NCBI GenBank assembly: GCA_965603825.1
Contig: CBFDEM010000046.1
Coordinates: forward strand, 248,001 to 312,000
Length of the DNA: 64,000 bases
Reading direction: 5' to 3'
Source: Blepharisma stoltei ATCC 30299
Taxonomy: Eukaryota; Protista; Ciliophora
The translations under genes and the position numbers were made by a program. The notes under the pieces were generated by a model. That model did no database searches. It had not been told where the DNA came from and saw only the letters and a program-made list of their open reading frames with translations. Shown here piece after piece: positions 12,682 through 25,239 of the stretch (its first letter is position 1; each line of letters starts with the position of its first letter).

Positions 12682-15108
12682 ATGGATGACATTTCTTACA
12701 GCCTGATTCAATGAGTAAGTTTTACACAGCTTAACAAAATGAATTTAAGCCATCAATGTCAAAAACTTTCAGAGCTATCGGATGGTATCTTGCTTTACGA
12801 GCTAATGGCAAAACTGTAAAATTTATGAAGGTCACCAGATTATTTTGACATAGACAGCATAACGCTTGATGCCCATGATAACTGAGCTCTAAAACTTGCT
12901 AATCTTCGAAGGCTTAAAAAAGCGATTGATTCTTACCTTGACCAAATCCTCCAAACACCTCACGATCGATTTGGAGAAATAGATTTTGCTAATATCGCAA
13001 GAAAAGATTCTATAAGTGATCTAGTAAATCTAATGGAATTAATTGTTTTTACTATCCTCAAATCTCCACAAAAAGAAAACTTTATCCATCCTATAATGAC
13101 ACTTGATGAAAAATGCCAAACGCAGCTTATGTTTTTTATCCAAAAAATCTTAGGAAATGACTTGTCATCAAACCCTCCACCTCCTCCAGAAACTGAAAGA
13201 CAAGAAGTCCATATCTTAAGGCACGAAAAAAAGAGATTAACTTATAAAATCCAGGCTATGCAAGAAGAGCTATCAAAGCTTGCCTCTCAGCATACAGAAA
13301 TTGCCAGTGAAAGAGACGAGTTAAAAGTAATGAACACAAATTTAGAAAGCGAGCTTGTCAAAAAATCGCCTTCAATTTTGTCACCAGATATCACTTTTGT
13401 AGAGCTGGAATCAAAAATAAGCGAAAAAGAAGGAAAACTTACAGTAATACAAGAAGAGCTCAAAGAAACTAAAAAAAAATATGAAAACGAAATAGCAAGA
13501 TTAAGGGACGAAGTTGATATTGCAGATTCTAATAATATACGTTTGCAACAAGCTGAAAAATCTTTACAGCAATATAAAAAGAAATGCGAAAATATGGTAA
13601 ATGCATCAAAAAAGCTTTCAGAAGTGTCAAAACAGAATGATTATTTGCAAAAAAAGATAAATTCGATGGAAGAAGAAATAAATGATTTTAATAAGATCTC
13701 CAAGGCAGCTGGATATTTAAAAGAACAATTAGGGCATGAAAAAGAAAAAAGCGAGTCCCTTTCTTTTGCAAATGAAAATAAAGATAAACAAATAAAGCAA
13801 CTTACAAAGCAGATAAATGAATTAGAAGAAAAATTGATTTTTGCAGAAAATAAAGTGCAAGAATTAGTAAAAGGGGCTGAAAATGGATCAAATGTGAGTG
13901 ATGATTCATTCGGCTATCATAAAGTTATTGGAGGATTGGGTGAAGAATCGAATGAGCTGTCAAAAAATGAGCATAAAAAAGAAAATAAATTCGATTTGCA
14001 TAGATCAAGCTCGATGCGGCCACCTTTTGAGCATCTTGATTTATTAGCAAAAGAAAAAATTATTATTCAAGAAAAATGTGAAAAATACAAAATTAAATGC
14101 AAGTCTAAAAGTGAAGGCTTAAAAATGCTCCAGGAAGATTTCAGTTCTTATCGGCTTGAAAAAGAAAAGACGATCCTTGATCTTAAAGAAAAAGCAAGAA
14201 TTCTTAAAATGCAAGGAGACACTTTGAGGGAATCTTTAGCAAATGGGCTAACAGATAAAGTAAAGATGGAGCAATTACAGTATGAATATGAAAAATTAAA
14301 AACTTCGAAAGAAGGCTTTCTGCAAGAAATTAAAAAACTTCACGAGGAGAAAGATCTTATGTACAGACACTTCATTGAGTGCAGGGAAGAAACAATTGTA
14401 CTGCAAAACGCAGCAAATGATAAGGAAATAAAAATCAGAGAAAAATCGTTGAATGAGAAATTATTATATGATAAAATTAATGAGTTGGCAGAAAAAGAAA
14501 GGGTTTCCATGGATATAATAGAATCATTGAAAAAGCAAAAACAGGAAGTAAATGAAGATTACCATATTAAGTTTATCGAGCTTGAAAGAGAGCTTATTAC
14601 TGAAAAATCCGAAAAAGCTTCATTAATTTTAAGATTAAATGATAAAGACCAAAGAATCGAAGAAATCTTAAAAGATAAAGCCGAAACTATTAAAATACTT
14701 GAAGAGGAGCATCATGAAGTATTGGATAGGTTAAAATATGAAAATGATAGGAAAGTTAATCAGATGATCACGCAAACGGAAGAAGCTTTAAATGAACTGC
14801 AAAATGAACGGGAACTGCTTGCAGCTAAATTGAAATTTTTGAAAAATAATACAATAAATGAATTGACAAAAGCAAATACCGCAAAAGAGATCCAAGGATA
14901 CTTAGAAGAAATTGCAAAATTAAAAGAGAAGCTTGAACAAAAGGAAAGGGATAACATAGATCTAATTAAATCAAATAAAGAATTAAAGCAGTGCTGGAAA
15001 GAGTCAGCTAAATTGCTGAAACATGTTTGGAGAGAGCTTGGGATTGAAACTCAAAAACTTGAAACCGCAACCCAACGAAGAAGAGCCGGAATAAGCATCC
15101 TGCAATAA
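12682..15108 (+). CDS. HOOK-family microtubule-tethering / dynein adaptor protein (two 15-nt introns)
   Basis: Spliced N-terminus SLIQ(W)LNKM...ELSDGILLYELMAKLSPDYF...DN(W)ALKLANLRRL matches the HOOK domain; QKENFIHPIMTLDEKCQTQLM; long coiled coil with LRDEVD. Confidence 0.88.
12715..12729 (+). other. 15-nt intron (no in-frame stop)
   Basis: gtaagttttacacag; A at 10; removal gives HOOK-like LIQWLN spacing. Confidence 0.72.
12816..12830 (+). other. 15-nt intron
   Basis: gtaaaatttatgaag; removes an in-frame TAA, giving KLSPDYF. Confidence 0.88.
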
Positions 15109-15463
15109 TATTTTATATATAAAATAAACAATCTGATTAATTAGCCGCATCAGCACTTCTTTTTATTAGTTTCAATACTATACTCATTATAATTATTATT
15201 TTCTTTATATTATTAAGTACTTATAAATCAGTATATTTCGCTTATTTGATGCACAAAAAACCTGGCATTTTCAAAGTCAAAATAAAAGCAATCTCTTTTA
15301 AAGCCTGAAAATTCAATTTTGAAGTGTGAAATTCAAAATAGAAAATTTTATAACGCCTTAATTTATCAAAAATATAAAAATACTGGCCGGAAAAAGCGAT
15401 AAATTATTCAAAATGCATATTTGATTTCTGAAGATCTAATTTACAATATTTATAATACTTTAT

Positions 15464-16318
15464 CTAATTAGGATACAAATCCATAGCAAGATCTGAAAAT
15501 GTTGGTTTTTTCATAGTAGCTCGACTATAATTAGTGCCACTTCCTGGACTTGCATTATCCTGTGCATCCTTTAAATTTGATACTTCAAATCTTTTTTTCA
15601 TGATCAGCCTATCAATTGCAGCGGCTGGATTGTTTAAGTTGCTTAAATCCTGCATTTCTTTATTCATAAGTGACTTTATCCGATTTTTAATAGAACTTTC
15701 AGTCCTTGTTGTCATTTCTTTCGAAATCAAACTTCAATGGTTGCTATGCTCTTTATGGAGCTCCAAAAGCGTTAAATCCTCTACCGCGCTCCACTCCCCT
15801 CTGTTCACCGTTGGATTTAAATGGTTATTCCATCTTTCTTTACATTGTTTTCCAGTCCTGATTTTTATGTTTCTATGCACTTTTGTATTCAAATGGTTCG
15901 CAATTTGTCCCCACTTCAGTTTTTGAGCCAAAACCATGTCTTTTATCATGTCATCTTCAGTTGGCGACCATGTCCCAGACCTCAATGTTCCAGAAGTTCG
16001 AATTTCGTAAATTTTTGCCATGCATTGCTCTGCAGTCTTGTCAGTGTTCCTTGCAATCTCTATGAAGTCAATTATTTGCAGGTCTTCAATGGCTTTGTTT
16101 TTTTGCTCGCAAAACGTTTTTGTTAGTGCATACAAAGCTTCAACTTGGTCACGTTTCCATGTCCTTTTGTATTTGGGCTTTGGCTCGGTTTGTTCATCTA
16201 GAAGTGGAATAGGTGCAATTGGTGAATAAATAGGAATTATAGGGTAGACGCAGCCTTCTTGGATTGGAATAAGGTTGATTGTAGGAAGAATAGGCTTTAA
16301 TCCAGGCTGAAAGTTCAT
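15464..16318 (-). CDS. Myb-domain transcription factor (R2R3-like, with a degenerate upstream repeat)
   Basis: GTWSPTEDDMI..KWGQIA..RTGKQCKERWNNHLNP..GEWSAVED..NH(W)SLISKEMTTRTESSIKNR; TGA 15734-15736 is the conserved Myb Trp. Start uncertain (an in-frame ATG also lies at 16483). Confidence 0.88.
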
Positions 16319-16557
16319 ATTTATGGTGAAATTAACTGTGAACTGAAATGGAACGTCAGTAAAGCTACCAGCAAATAAATTTAAAACGTAAATAATTTGT
16401 GGCCCAATTTTTATTTTTTCCTTATAAACTTCTCTTTTATGACAGTTTATTCGAATATTGTTGAGAATTATTATTATCTCCATTTAACTCACCCCATATT
16501 TTTGAATTTTGGTTAGAGATTTATAAGACAAATAAATTAAAGAAGTAAGATTATTAC

Positions 16558-18063
16558 TTACCACATATTTCCTCCGTTCATATAACCTCTATAAACGCTG
16601 TGGAACCTGATTTGCATAAAGACTGGGCCATACATGGCAACAGCAAGTTCGCAGTCCCAAAGCCACTTAGCGAAAGTCTTTTCTAGATGCCTAGATCCCA
16701 TGCAAGAAATTCTTTTAGCAACTTCAGATCTTGGGATTCTTCTCTTGGCGTATAGTAATTCAGTGCCGATTTCGCTTGACCATGAGCCTAAATTGGTGTT
16801 GTTTAATAAGTCATTATAATAGCGATTTCTAGCTCTATAAAGTTCAGACTCCATAATGTAGTCAGTGTAGCGTTTTGTTCCACATAAACAAGCTTGAGGG
16901 GAAATAAAGGCTGACAAATCTAAACTTTGAGTATAATGCCCCCATATTGCAGCATTGCTATAAGGGAAATAGTGGTTTGAGTGTCCTCCGAAATCTTCGA
17001 TTTCTCCAAACCAGGTATGGAAATAGTTATACTGAAGCCATGCGTGGTTAATGATAGAGTCTCTTTCAGGCACGTAGTCTCCACACAGTCTTACTAACAT
17101 TTGGAAAGCATAGAAGTCTTCATGATTCCAGCTTGGGGCTTGGAAGAAAATCCCCATATGAGCTAAATCTACATCATCATCTCTAATAGTGACGGTTGAA
17201 GGTGTAAAAATTGGTCTGTCATCTCCTGTAATTTCTCTGCCTGACTTAGCAACTTTTCCAAAATATTTTTCTCCTAATTCAGCTATTTGTTTGTGGTCTA
17301 CATTTCCAGTAGCAGTCAAAACCATTCTTGGAGCAATATAGTGAGCATCAATATAATCTTTGATAGCGTCCTGAGTGATATTCTGAATGCTTTTTTGGTT
17401 TCCTCTAATTGGCTGCCCAATCATGTGGTCCCTATATGCAGTGTAGTGAATATTTTCTAAAATCAGTCTTTTGTTGTCAGCTGTGTCAAAAAGTGCTTCA
17501 GCGCTTTCAGCCTTTTGTTCTTCAATAGCGTTTTTGTTGAATTTTGAAGAAAGGACGACGTCAGCAAGAATTTCCATTGCTTTTGCAGTATAAGCTTTAG
17601 GCACTTCAATGTGAAACTCAGTGACTTCTTTTCCTGCTTTAATCCTAAGCTCGCCTCCAATGTTTTCTACATCTCCAGCCAGCTGAAACTTGCTTCTTTG
17701 CTCGGTCCCTTTAAATCTGAGTTTTCTAACAAAGTGGCCAATTCCATTGACTTGGAAATTTTCATTACGGACACCAGCTTTCACAATAACACATAAGTGA
17801 GCTAAAGCGTTATGGCTAGCTTCTGATGCAACCAAAAGGCCATTGGAAAGGGTTGCTTGGTTGCAAGGATAAGAATACTTGAGTGCTTCAGGAATTACCC
17901 CATCCTCAAGTTCTCCGTGGTAGACGAGCTTGCTCTTTGAAAATTGGGAAACATCTGAGGTTGGGTCAAGAACGTAAGCTGAAGGGTTGCGAGTTGTGGT
18001 GAGATTAGAGTTAAATCGCACTAGGGAGCGAACTATAGGCAAGACGCGTGCTCTCATAACCAT
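16558..18063 (-). CDS. M16 family MPP-beta / cytochrome bc1 core protein 1-like, apparently non-catalytic
   Basis: Arg-rich presequence, TLSNGLLVASE, AGVRNE, FKGT, HYIAPRMVLTATG; the HXXEH motif reads HFVRK. Confidence 0.88.
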   Translation of the reverse strand: MVMRARVLPIVRSLVRFNSNLTTTRNPSAYVLDPTSDVSQFSKSKLVYHGELEDGVIPEALKYSYPCNQATLSNGLLVASEASHNALAHLCVIVKAGVRNENFQVNGIGHFVRKLRFKGTEQRSKFQLAGDVENIGGELRIKAGKEVTEFHIEVPKAYTAKAMEILADVVLSSKFNKNAIEEQKAESAEALFDTADNKRLILENIHYTAYRDHMIGQPIRGNQKSIQNITQDAIKDYIDAHYIAPRMVLTATGNVDHKQIAELGEKYFGKVAKSGREITGDDRPIFTPSTVTIRDDDVDLAHMGIFFQAPSWNHEDFYAFQMLVRLCGDYVPERDSIINHAWLQYNYFHTWFGEIEDFGGHSNHYFPYSNAAIWGHYTQSLDLSAFISPQACLCGTKRYTDYIMESELYRARNRYYNDLLNNTNLGSWSSEIGTELLYAKRRIPRSEVAKRISCMGSRHLEKTFAKWLWDCELAVAMYGPVFMQIRFHSVYRGYMNGGNMW

Positions 18064-18407
18064 TTTATAATTTATTCAAGGCCATTCCTTAAGCTATCTA
18101 TCTTTAAATGCAAAATCGGCTGTGAAAATTCAAGATTGATACACAGAACAGGGGACCTCACATGGTATAGTTATGATAAAATATGCTCAGACTACAGTCA
18201 AAATTATATATTCAATTTCAAGGATTTTTATCAAATAATTAATAAAATCAAATTTATGAAGAAAAGCTGGAAATATCCTCAAAATAACCCACAAGGATTT
18301 TCATATGATGAATTTGAAAATATTAAAAAGGGTATTTAGTATAATTGCTGCAATCATATAAATTCCGTAATTTAAACTAAAATTTGAATACCTCTCTTCA
18401 TCAATAA

Positions 18408-21400
18408 ATGGCAGAATCATCAGGCAGCAGTGATAATAATATGAAAAACTCAAATCTGTTTGACTCCCCTAGCAGTGGCGATGAACATGCCGACAGAGGA
18501 GGATTAATTTCTTCTCAATTTTCAGGCTACTCCAATATCTCATACTCATTCCAATCCGTTATTTCTGCACTGGAGAGCTGTGACGACATGATGCTGCTAC
18601 AATCATTAAATCAACTTTCAATTGATTTAGCGATTGCCCAAGAAGACATCTTGGCCGCGATGCCTCTAGATCAGCTGGTCTACGCTTTGGTGACTTGTCT
18701 GCAGAAAGAAGACTTCCCTGACATTGTTTTGTACTCCATGAATTGTCTCACAAATATCTTGGATACCATGCCGAATATAACAGGCCTAATTGTAGCTCGA
18801 GGAGGAATAGGAGTTCTTAGCTCCAAGCTGATGAACTTTGATTTCATAGACATGGCTGAGCAAGCTATTAAGCTGATTGAAAAGATCTCTTATGAATCTG
18901 CTTTAGATATTGTTAAAGAAGGGGTTTTCGAGACAATGATGAATACACTGGATTTCTTTGAATTGGAGACTCAGAAAAAAATATGAAGGATTGCAATTAA
19001 TATTGCCAAAGCAATGATTTCTCAGCAGTGCTTTTTGCAGCATATTATGCCGATGCTACCTCAAATACAGCCAATGCTTATACATAGGGGAACTGATATG
19101 GTGGGACAAGCAGAGCTTGTGATTGATTTTTTTATAGCTTTGTTGGAAAACGCGATAGGGCTGTTTAGCAGCGATTTAAAAATGCTGCAAGGAAATTTAC
19201 AAAATTTGAATGAGCAAGGGATGATGCGGAATTTAATAGAAATTATTCAGCAGGCTCCGTCGCTCAACCTTAAAGTTTTCAAGCTATTAAGACTAATTTG
19301 CAAGATTTCACCGACGTTGAGCATGAGCTTGCTTTCTATGGGAATATGTACAATACTTAAAGATGTACTTAATAAATCCTATGAGTCTTCTAGCAGTGAC
19401 TATTTGCTTGAAGCTTTTAATTTGATCGATATTATTGTGCCAGTTGATAATCCGAAAGATGCAATTGAAAAAGAAAGGCTACAAATTTTCAGAGAGAGTA
19501 ACCAATATTTAAACACAATTGGTGAGTCAGTTATCCCTCACTTAATTTTTGTCTATCAAAACTGTATGGAAAGTGAGCTAAAAACTCTAACTTTGAAAAC
19601 TTTTTATAAATTATTTGCAATATCTCCACCAGAATGCCTTACAATATATATAGACACCCAGACACTTGCGTCATTTTTATCAGAAGTTTTGCATTCTCAG
19701 CACTTGAATCCTATTCATTGCGCACTGAAAATCATCAATATTTGCTATGATAAAATTCCTCAAGAAATCGCTGAACATTTTACTAGAGAAGGAATTATTG
19801 ACAGAATTAATGCTTTAAATAAGCAAGAAGTGATTTCACAATTAAAACGATCAAAAGCTAATGAGTCGCCTGTTGGTCTAAAAAAATACTCGAGATTTCA
19901 ACAAGAAGAAAGAGAAAGCTCTTCTTTGAACTACTTTGAGCAGCTTATTATGAATTTAAATGGTGAGAAAGAAGTAATAAATATTGATGCAGAAACTGAT
20001 GAATTTCTTACAAATATTCCGAATTTTAAACATCAGCTAAATTTGAAAAGTGACCCAAAAAATGAATCCTTAGACTTATGCAATTCAATTATTGAAAAAA
20101 ATAGCCATTTTGAAAATAAACATGCTTTAAGGACTGGAAAAAGCCTTAAAAAGCTTGCAGAAAAATTGGAATATGGGAGACAAGGAAATGCGAATGAAAT
20201 ATGGAGAAATTTGATATCAATGATAGAAAGTGATAATAAAATTAGCTTTTATGAGTTTAGCAATTCAGGGATTGTTGAGGCTTTATGAAAATGGTTTAAT
20301 CGTGGAGACTTAGAAGACTCAAAACAAGTGACTGTTCTAATTCATAGACTTGAAGAATTTTTAACAGAATTTTTAAAAGAAAATTCAAAAAGCCAGGTTC
20401 ATTTAAAGAGCTTTTTAGCCCTTTTTGATGGAGCTGGGAACTATGGAAATAATTTAAATGACATAGGTCCTGAAAGAAATTATGAAAGGTCTAATCGATT
20501 TTTAAGCCAAAGGTCTAGGCTTACATTTATTTATGCCCCATCAGAAGAAGACTGATCAAGATTAGGCGAAGCTTCTCAGGAATTTAATATAAGAAACAAT
20601 TTTTTTGCAGCGAATAACAGAATTTGCATCGCAAGCGAACTTTCAATTCCATTTGCTGCAGTAAAAAGTCATTTATTAAGGGTAAAATCGAAAGACGATT
20701 TAAATAATTTTAAAAAATTATTCAAAAACAAAAACCAACAAAGAAAAAATATAGCGAAAGCATTAAGAGAGTTAGGAATGGAAGGCAGCGAGTTTGGGAG
20801 GCTTTACAAAGCTAGCATCGCCCAAAATTTGTTTTCGAATGATATTGATATCACCGAAGAATGCGAGCTTAGGCCTGAAGCCAAAAATCAAGTTCTGGAA
20901 CAAATTGATATAATTATGACAGTTAATGGCCAAGAAATTCATGATGGAATGACTACACTTGACGTGAGCAATAAATTTGGGAAATCAGATGAAATAAAAT
21001 TCAGATTTGTAAAAATAAGTCAAAATAAAAAAGAAAGCAAAATGCTTGTAGGACAAAATATGATTTATAAAGAAATCCTCAATGATTGTGAAAATGTAGG
21101 AGTAGATATTGGAGAAAAAATATTTCCCTATCTAAGAATTCTTAAACTCTTTTCGAAAATAAACGAGCTCTTGCCTTATCTTATGACTCCTTCATCGCTT
21201 TTATTCCAATCATTGTCTGAGTCATTTCGCCTTCACAAACTCGAATATGAAATTTTTCAAAGCAGCAAAATTAGTGTCATTCTCTCTAGGTTTGTTCAAG
21301 ATAACAGAACTTCTCTGCCCTCTTGAACCAAGCCTTTAATCCAAAGCTGCAAATTTTTAGTCCCATTCACAATAAAGTCAGATATTTTCCAAATTTCAGA

Positions 21401-22565
21401 TATTGGGCCGTATCTCGATACATGGGGATATGATATTTCTCAAAAAATAAAGGTCAAGATCAATAGAGAAAAATTATTGGAAGGCGCAACTGCTGCAATG
21501 AGAGATCCAAAAATGCTTAAATCTGCTCCTATAGAGTTTGAGTATGAAAACGAAGTTGGTACTGGAGTAGGCCCTACATTGGAATTTTATAGCCTTGTTG
21601 GAAAATCTATTCGAACACTTGATATTTGGAGAAATTCAGGAGATGAACTTGGCCTTTTCCCTGCTCCAATATTATCAAATTCAGCCAAAGTTAAAGATCA
21701 ATTCCTCTTTATTGGCCGCTTAGTAGGAAAAGGCTTGCTTGACCAAAAGCAGCTTGACCTACCTCTAAGCCCTGCATTTTGGAAGCTAGCCTTAAATGAA
21801 AACTTGACTTTAAACGACGTGCTAAACGTTGACAAAAATTTAGCTAAAACACTATTCGGCCTGCAAGAAGTTGTAAACAAGAGAAATACCCTTTTAGCAG
21901 AAAACAAAAGGGTTCATAGCTCTAGCTTGACATATAAAGGTACCCATATAGACGATTTATGCTTAACATTTGTGCTGCCAGGCTATGATACTATTGAGCT
22001 TAAAGAAAATGGAAAAAATATTGCCGTGACTCTTAATAATCTCCATGAGTACATCACTTTGGTCTCAAAGTTCACGCTAATGCAGGAAACACAAATTTCA
22101 GCATTCAGAGAAGGGCTTAACTCAGTAATCCCAATTGATATGCTGAAAGGTTTTACTGGCGAAGAGCTCGAATATCTGATATGTGGAGCAAGTAATGAAA
22201 GCTGGGACATTTCTACTATTCAAGAGTGCATCATTCCAGCCCATGGGTATTTTCACTCTTCAAGTACTTTTCAGAACCTTTTGATTGTGATGTCGCAATT
22301 TAATAGCCAAGAAAAGCGCTCCTTCTTGCAGTTTGTGACTGGATCGCCAAGACTTCCAGTTGGAGGATTTGCATCATTAGTTCCGAAGCTAACAGTTGTA
22401 AAGAAAGATCCTGAAAACCCAGGAGTGCATTCTGATGAGTATTTGCCATCAGTAATGACTTGCCATAATTATCTCAAAGTTCCTGACTACAGCTCAATTG
22501 AGATCTTGCAAAGAAATTTGAAGTATGCAATGGAAGAAGGCTACGAAGCTTTTCACCTTTCATAA
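18408..22565 (+). CDS. HECT E3 ubiquitin ligase, TRIP12/UFD4/UPL3-like
   Basis: One frame with 4 TGA=Trp; ARM-like N-terminus (IDMAEQAIKLIEKIS), ISFYEFSNSGIV, LPS(W), EVGTGVGPTLEFY, FLQFVTGSPRLPVGG, LPSVMTCHNYLKVPDYS, FHLS end. Confidence 0.93.
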
Positions 22566-22904
22566 CATTATTCTATATTCAAATTATAAAAGTATTAAAA
22601 TTAAAACTCAGTATGAAAATTGTTTATAAAAGGATTTTAAATATGATTATGTATTTACAAACACTGATTAATGAATAATCATCCCTTATTTTTCTCACAA
22701 GATTTGGAAAAAATTTATAAGCCGCAGTATATAAGAATATTTCACCACTAGAAAATAGTTGATATCAGCAATGAAGAATCAAAAGAAATCAGAAGAAAAA
22801 AAATTAATAATTACCTATGTGAATTGGCTCCAACTAAAAATTTAGTTTATATGTTAGATTTTTATTAAAAAACAGATATATATTTTTAAACTCTTGCAAC
22901 TCAT

Positions 22905-23255
22905 ATGTCGAAGCCAGAAGAAGAACCTTTCATAGAGCCAGAGAACGCAGACAACGCAAAAGAAGCTAAAGATCAACCCTCACAAGCACTAAAAGATGAA
23001 AAAGGCCTTTCGTTTTACGGAGTTTATCATCCTGAAAAACAATCCAAGAGTGAAAGTTTATTATGCCCTGAATGCCATAAGCAAACTTGAAGCAGAGTTG
23101 AGTCAAGACCTGGAAAACTCACATATGGATGCTGCTGCTATCTTTGTTTAATAGGTTGGTGTCTCTGCTTATGTTATGTTCCTTTTTGCATTAAACGATG
23201 CAAAGACACTTATCATTTTTGTGCAAACTGTAATGCACCTTTATCGATCAATTAG
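22905..23255 (+). CDS. LITAF-domain (Zn ribbon) membrane-associated protein
   Basis: Read through TGA 23088-23090: CPECHKQT(W)SRVE..Cys-rich hydrophobic stretch..CYVPFCIKRCKDTYHFCANC; ends TAG. Confidence 0.88.
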
Positions 23256-23275
23256 TATAATTTAAGAAACATTGA

Positions 23276-25097
23276 CTAATTAATAATTTGATTTATAGAA
23301 GTTGTCGCTCCTCTTAACCATTCTAAAGCAGCTGTTTCTCCTCTATTTTCCAAAATTGGACTCAAGTTTTGCCAAATTTTACTATGGTAAGCATTTATGT
23401 ATTGAATGTCTCTTTGTGATAGCAGCCTAAAATCTAATAGATTTTTATCATATGGAACCATAGTTACATTTTCAAATCCCAGCAATCCTGGCACCAATGG
23501 GTGCATAACGACTAGTAGAATATTTTCAATTCTGATCCCAAAATGCCCTTCTTCATAATATCCAGGCTCATTCGCAACATTCATTCCTGCTTGAAATGGC
23601 TCAGTGCTTCCTTTGCATATACGATGTGGGCCTTCATGCACATTTAAAAAATAACCAACCCCATGTCCAGTGGCATGAGGATAGTCAAGACCTGCTTCCC
23701 AAAGCCATTTTCTCGCAACTACATCAACTTCATTTCCACTCATTCGATTATACTCAGGCCATACAAGCCTTTCTACACCTAAATTCCCCAATAGCACTCT
23801 AGTATAGCACTCTTTTTCCCAATCTGTTGGACTCCCAAAGTGCATTGTTCTTGTCGTATCAATTGTTCCATCTAAATATTGACCTCCAGAGTCAAGCAGG
23901 TACATTTGATCATTTGTAATTTTAGCTGCAGTTTCTTGAGTTGGTGCATAATGAATTATAGCTGCATTTGGCCCTACAGACGATATATTTTCAAAAGACA
24001 ATCCTGCATTTAATTCTTCCGATGCTCTAAATTCGTCTAGTTTTTCAACAGAAGTCCATTCGTTGAGATCTGCTCCTGAGTCTAATTGTTGTTTTAGTCA
24101 AGCAAAATACTTGGCTATAGCTACTCCATCTCTGATATGGCTTTCTCTGAACCCTTGCAACTCTCTTGGATTTTTAATCACTTTAATTTTAGCAATTAAT
24201 CCTGGGTAGTGAATTGGGGTTTTAATTTTTTGGTAAAAACTGTAGCTTAGCTCATTTTTGTCAATTATGATATTTTCTTCAATTGTGCTTAAATAGTCTC
24301 ATGCTGATTCATATGGGCGGACTTCTATATGGTTTTGAGATAAATAATCGTCGAGTCCATTTGTTTTTTCTGGGTTTATAAATAAAATTATTTGATATCC
24401 TGCATTTGTAGCATGCAATAGTAAAAATGAGAAAAACAGTGGATTATATTGGATGTCTTTCCCTCTCAGATTAAGCAGCCACGCTATTTCATCTAAGGCT
24501 GATGTAAAAAGGTAATTCGAGCCAAGCCTACGTAATTGGTTCAAAACTATAAATATCTTTTGTTCAGCAGATACTCCTGCATACTTAATATCATGGATGA
24601 ATAACTTTTCATTAGGAATGTTAGGTTGATCCGCCCAAATTGAGTTAACTAAATTCTTAGACAAAGGCTTAAAAGTAAACCCTTTATCATTAAAATAAAT
24701 TGTTCTAGCCAATACGCTTTCTGCACATATTAAAGCTGGATCATATCCAATAGTGCTGCCAGTAGGTAAATTGCGGGTAATCCAATCAATATACGTAGGG
24801 TAGCCTATTGCCATCTTCATTACAGTCCACCCTTGATCAAGATCCTCTTCAGCCTGAATATATTTTACCTTTTGTCAAAATCTCCCATCAGTTCATAACA
24901 AAGCCTGCTCTTTTGTTATTAAAATTTGTCCATTTGATCCTTGAAATCCTGATACAAATTCCAGTCTTTTGTCATGGTCACATAAGTTTTCGTTCTGATT
25001 ATTTTTTTACGTTGTGGAAGTCATTATTGGGGAGAAAATAAGCATCAATACTTTCTGAGCACATAAGTGCCCTTATTTGAGTCAGCTTCTCTGTCAT
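23276..25097 (-). CDS. Xaa-Pro aminopeptidase (aminopeptidase P, M24B); 16-nt and 15-nt introns, 4 TGA=Trp
   Basis: DAYFLP..DFH, FVSGFQGSNG, ALL(W)TDGR, LDEIAWLLNLRGKD, HIRDGVA, LDSGGQYLDGTIDTTRT, HATGHGVG..VHEGP, NEPGYY, GIRIEN. Confidence 0.93.
24854..24868 (-). other. 15-nt intron (no in-frame stop)
   Basis: gtaaaatatattcag on minus strand; removal restores WTDGR-x4-A spacing typical of aminopeptidase P. Confidence 0.72.
24995..25010 (-). other. 16-nt intron
   Basis: gtaaaaaaataatcag on minus strand; accounts exactly for the 1-nt frame offset between ATG 25097 and the downstream ORF. Confidence 0.9.
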
Positions 25098-25239
25098 TTT
25101 TATGATGCTTTTTTTGTAATTTTCATGATTTCTCCAATTATTTTGCAAAATACGTCCAAATCTTTACTTTGAAATAAGAAAAAGACGCATGTAAAGGATT
25201 GAAAATTGATATTCTGCGAATTCAAAGAATTTTATTAAA

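Noticed and set aside
18136-18339. 67-aa ORF between the MPP and HECT genes
   Set aside because: Short, AT-rich, non-ATG start, lying in a divergent promoter region.
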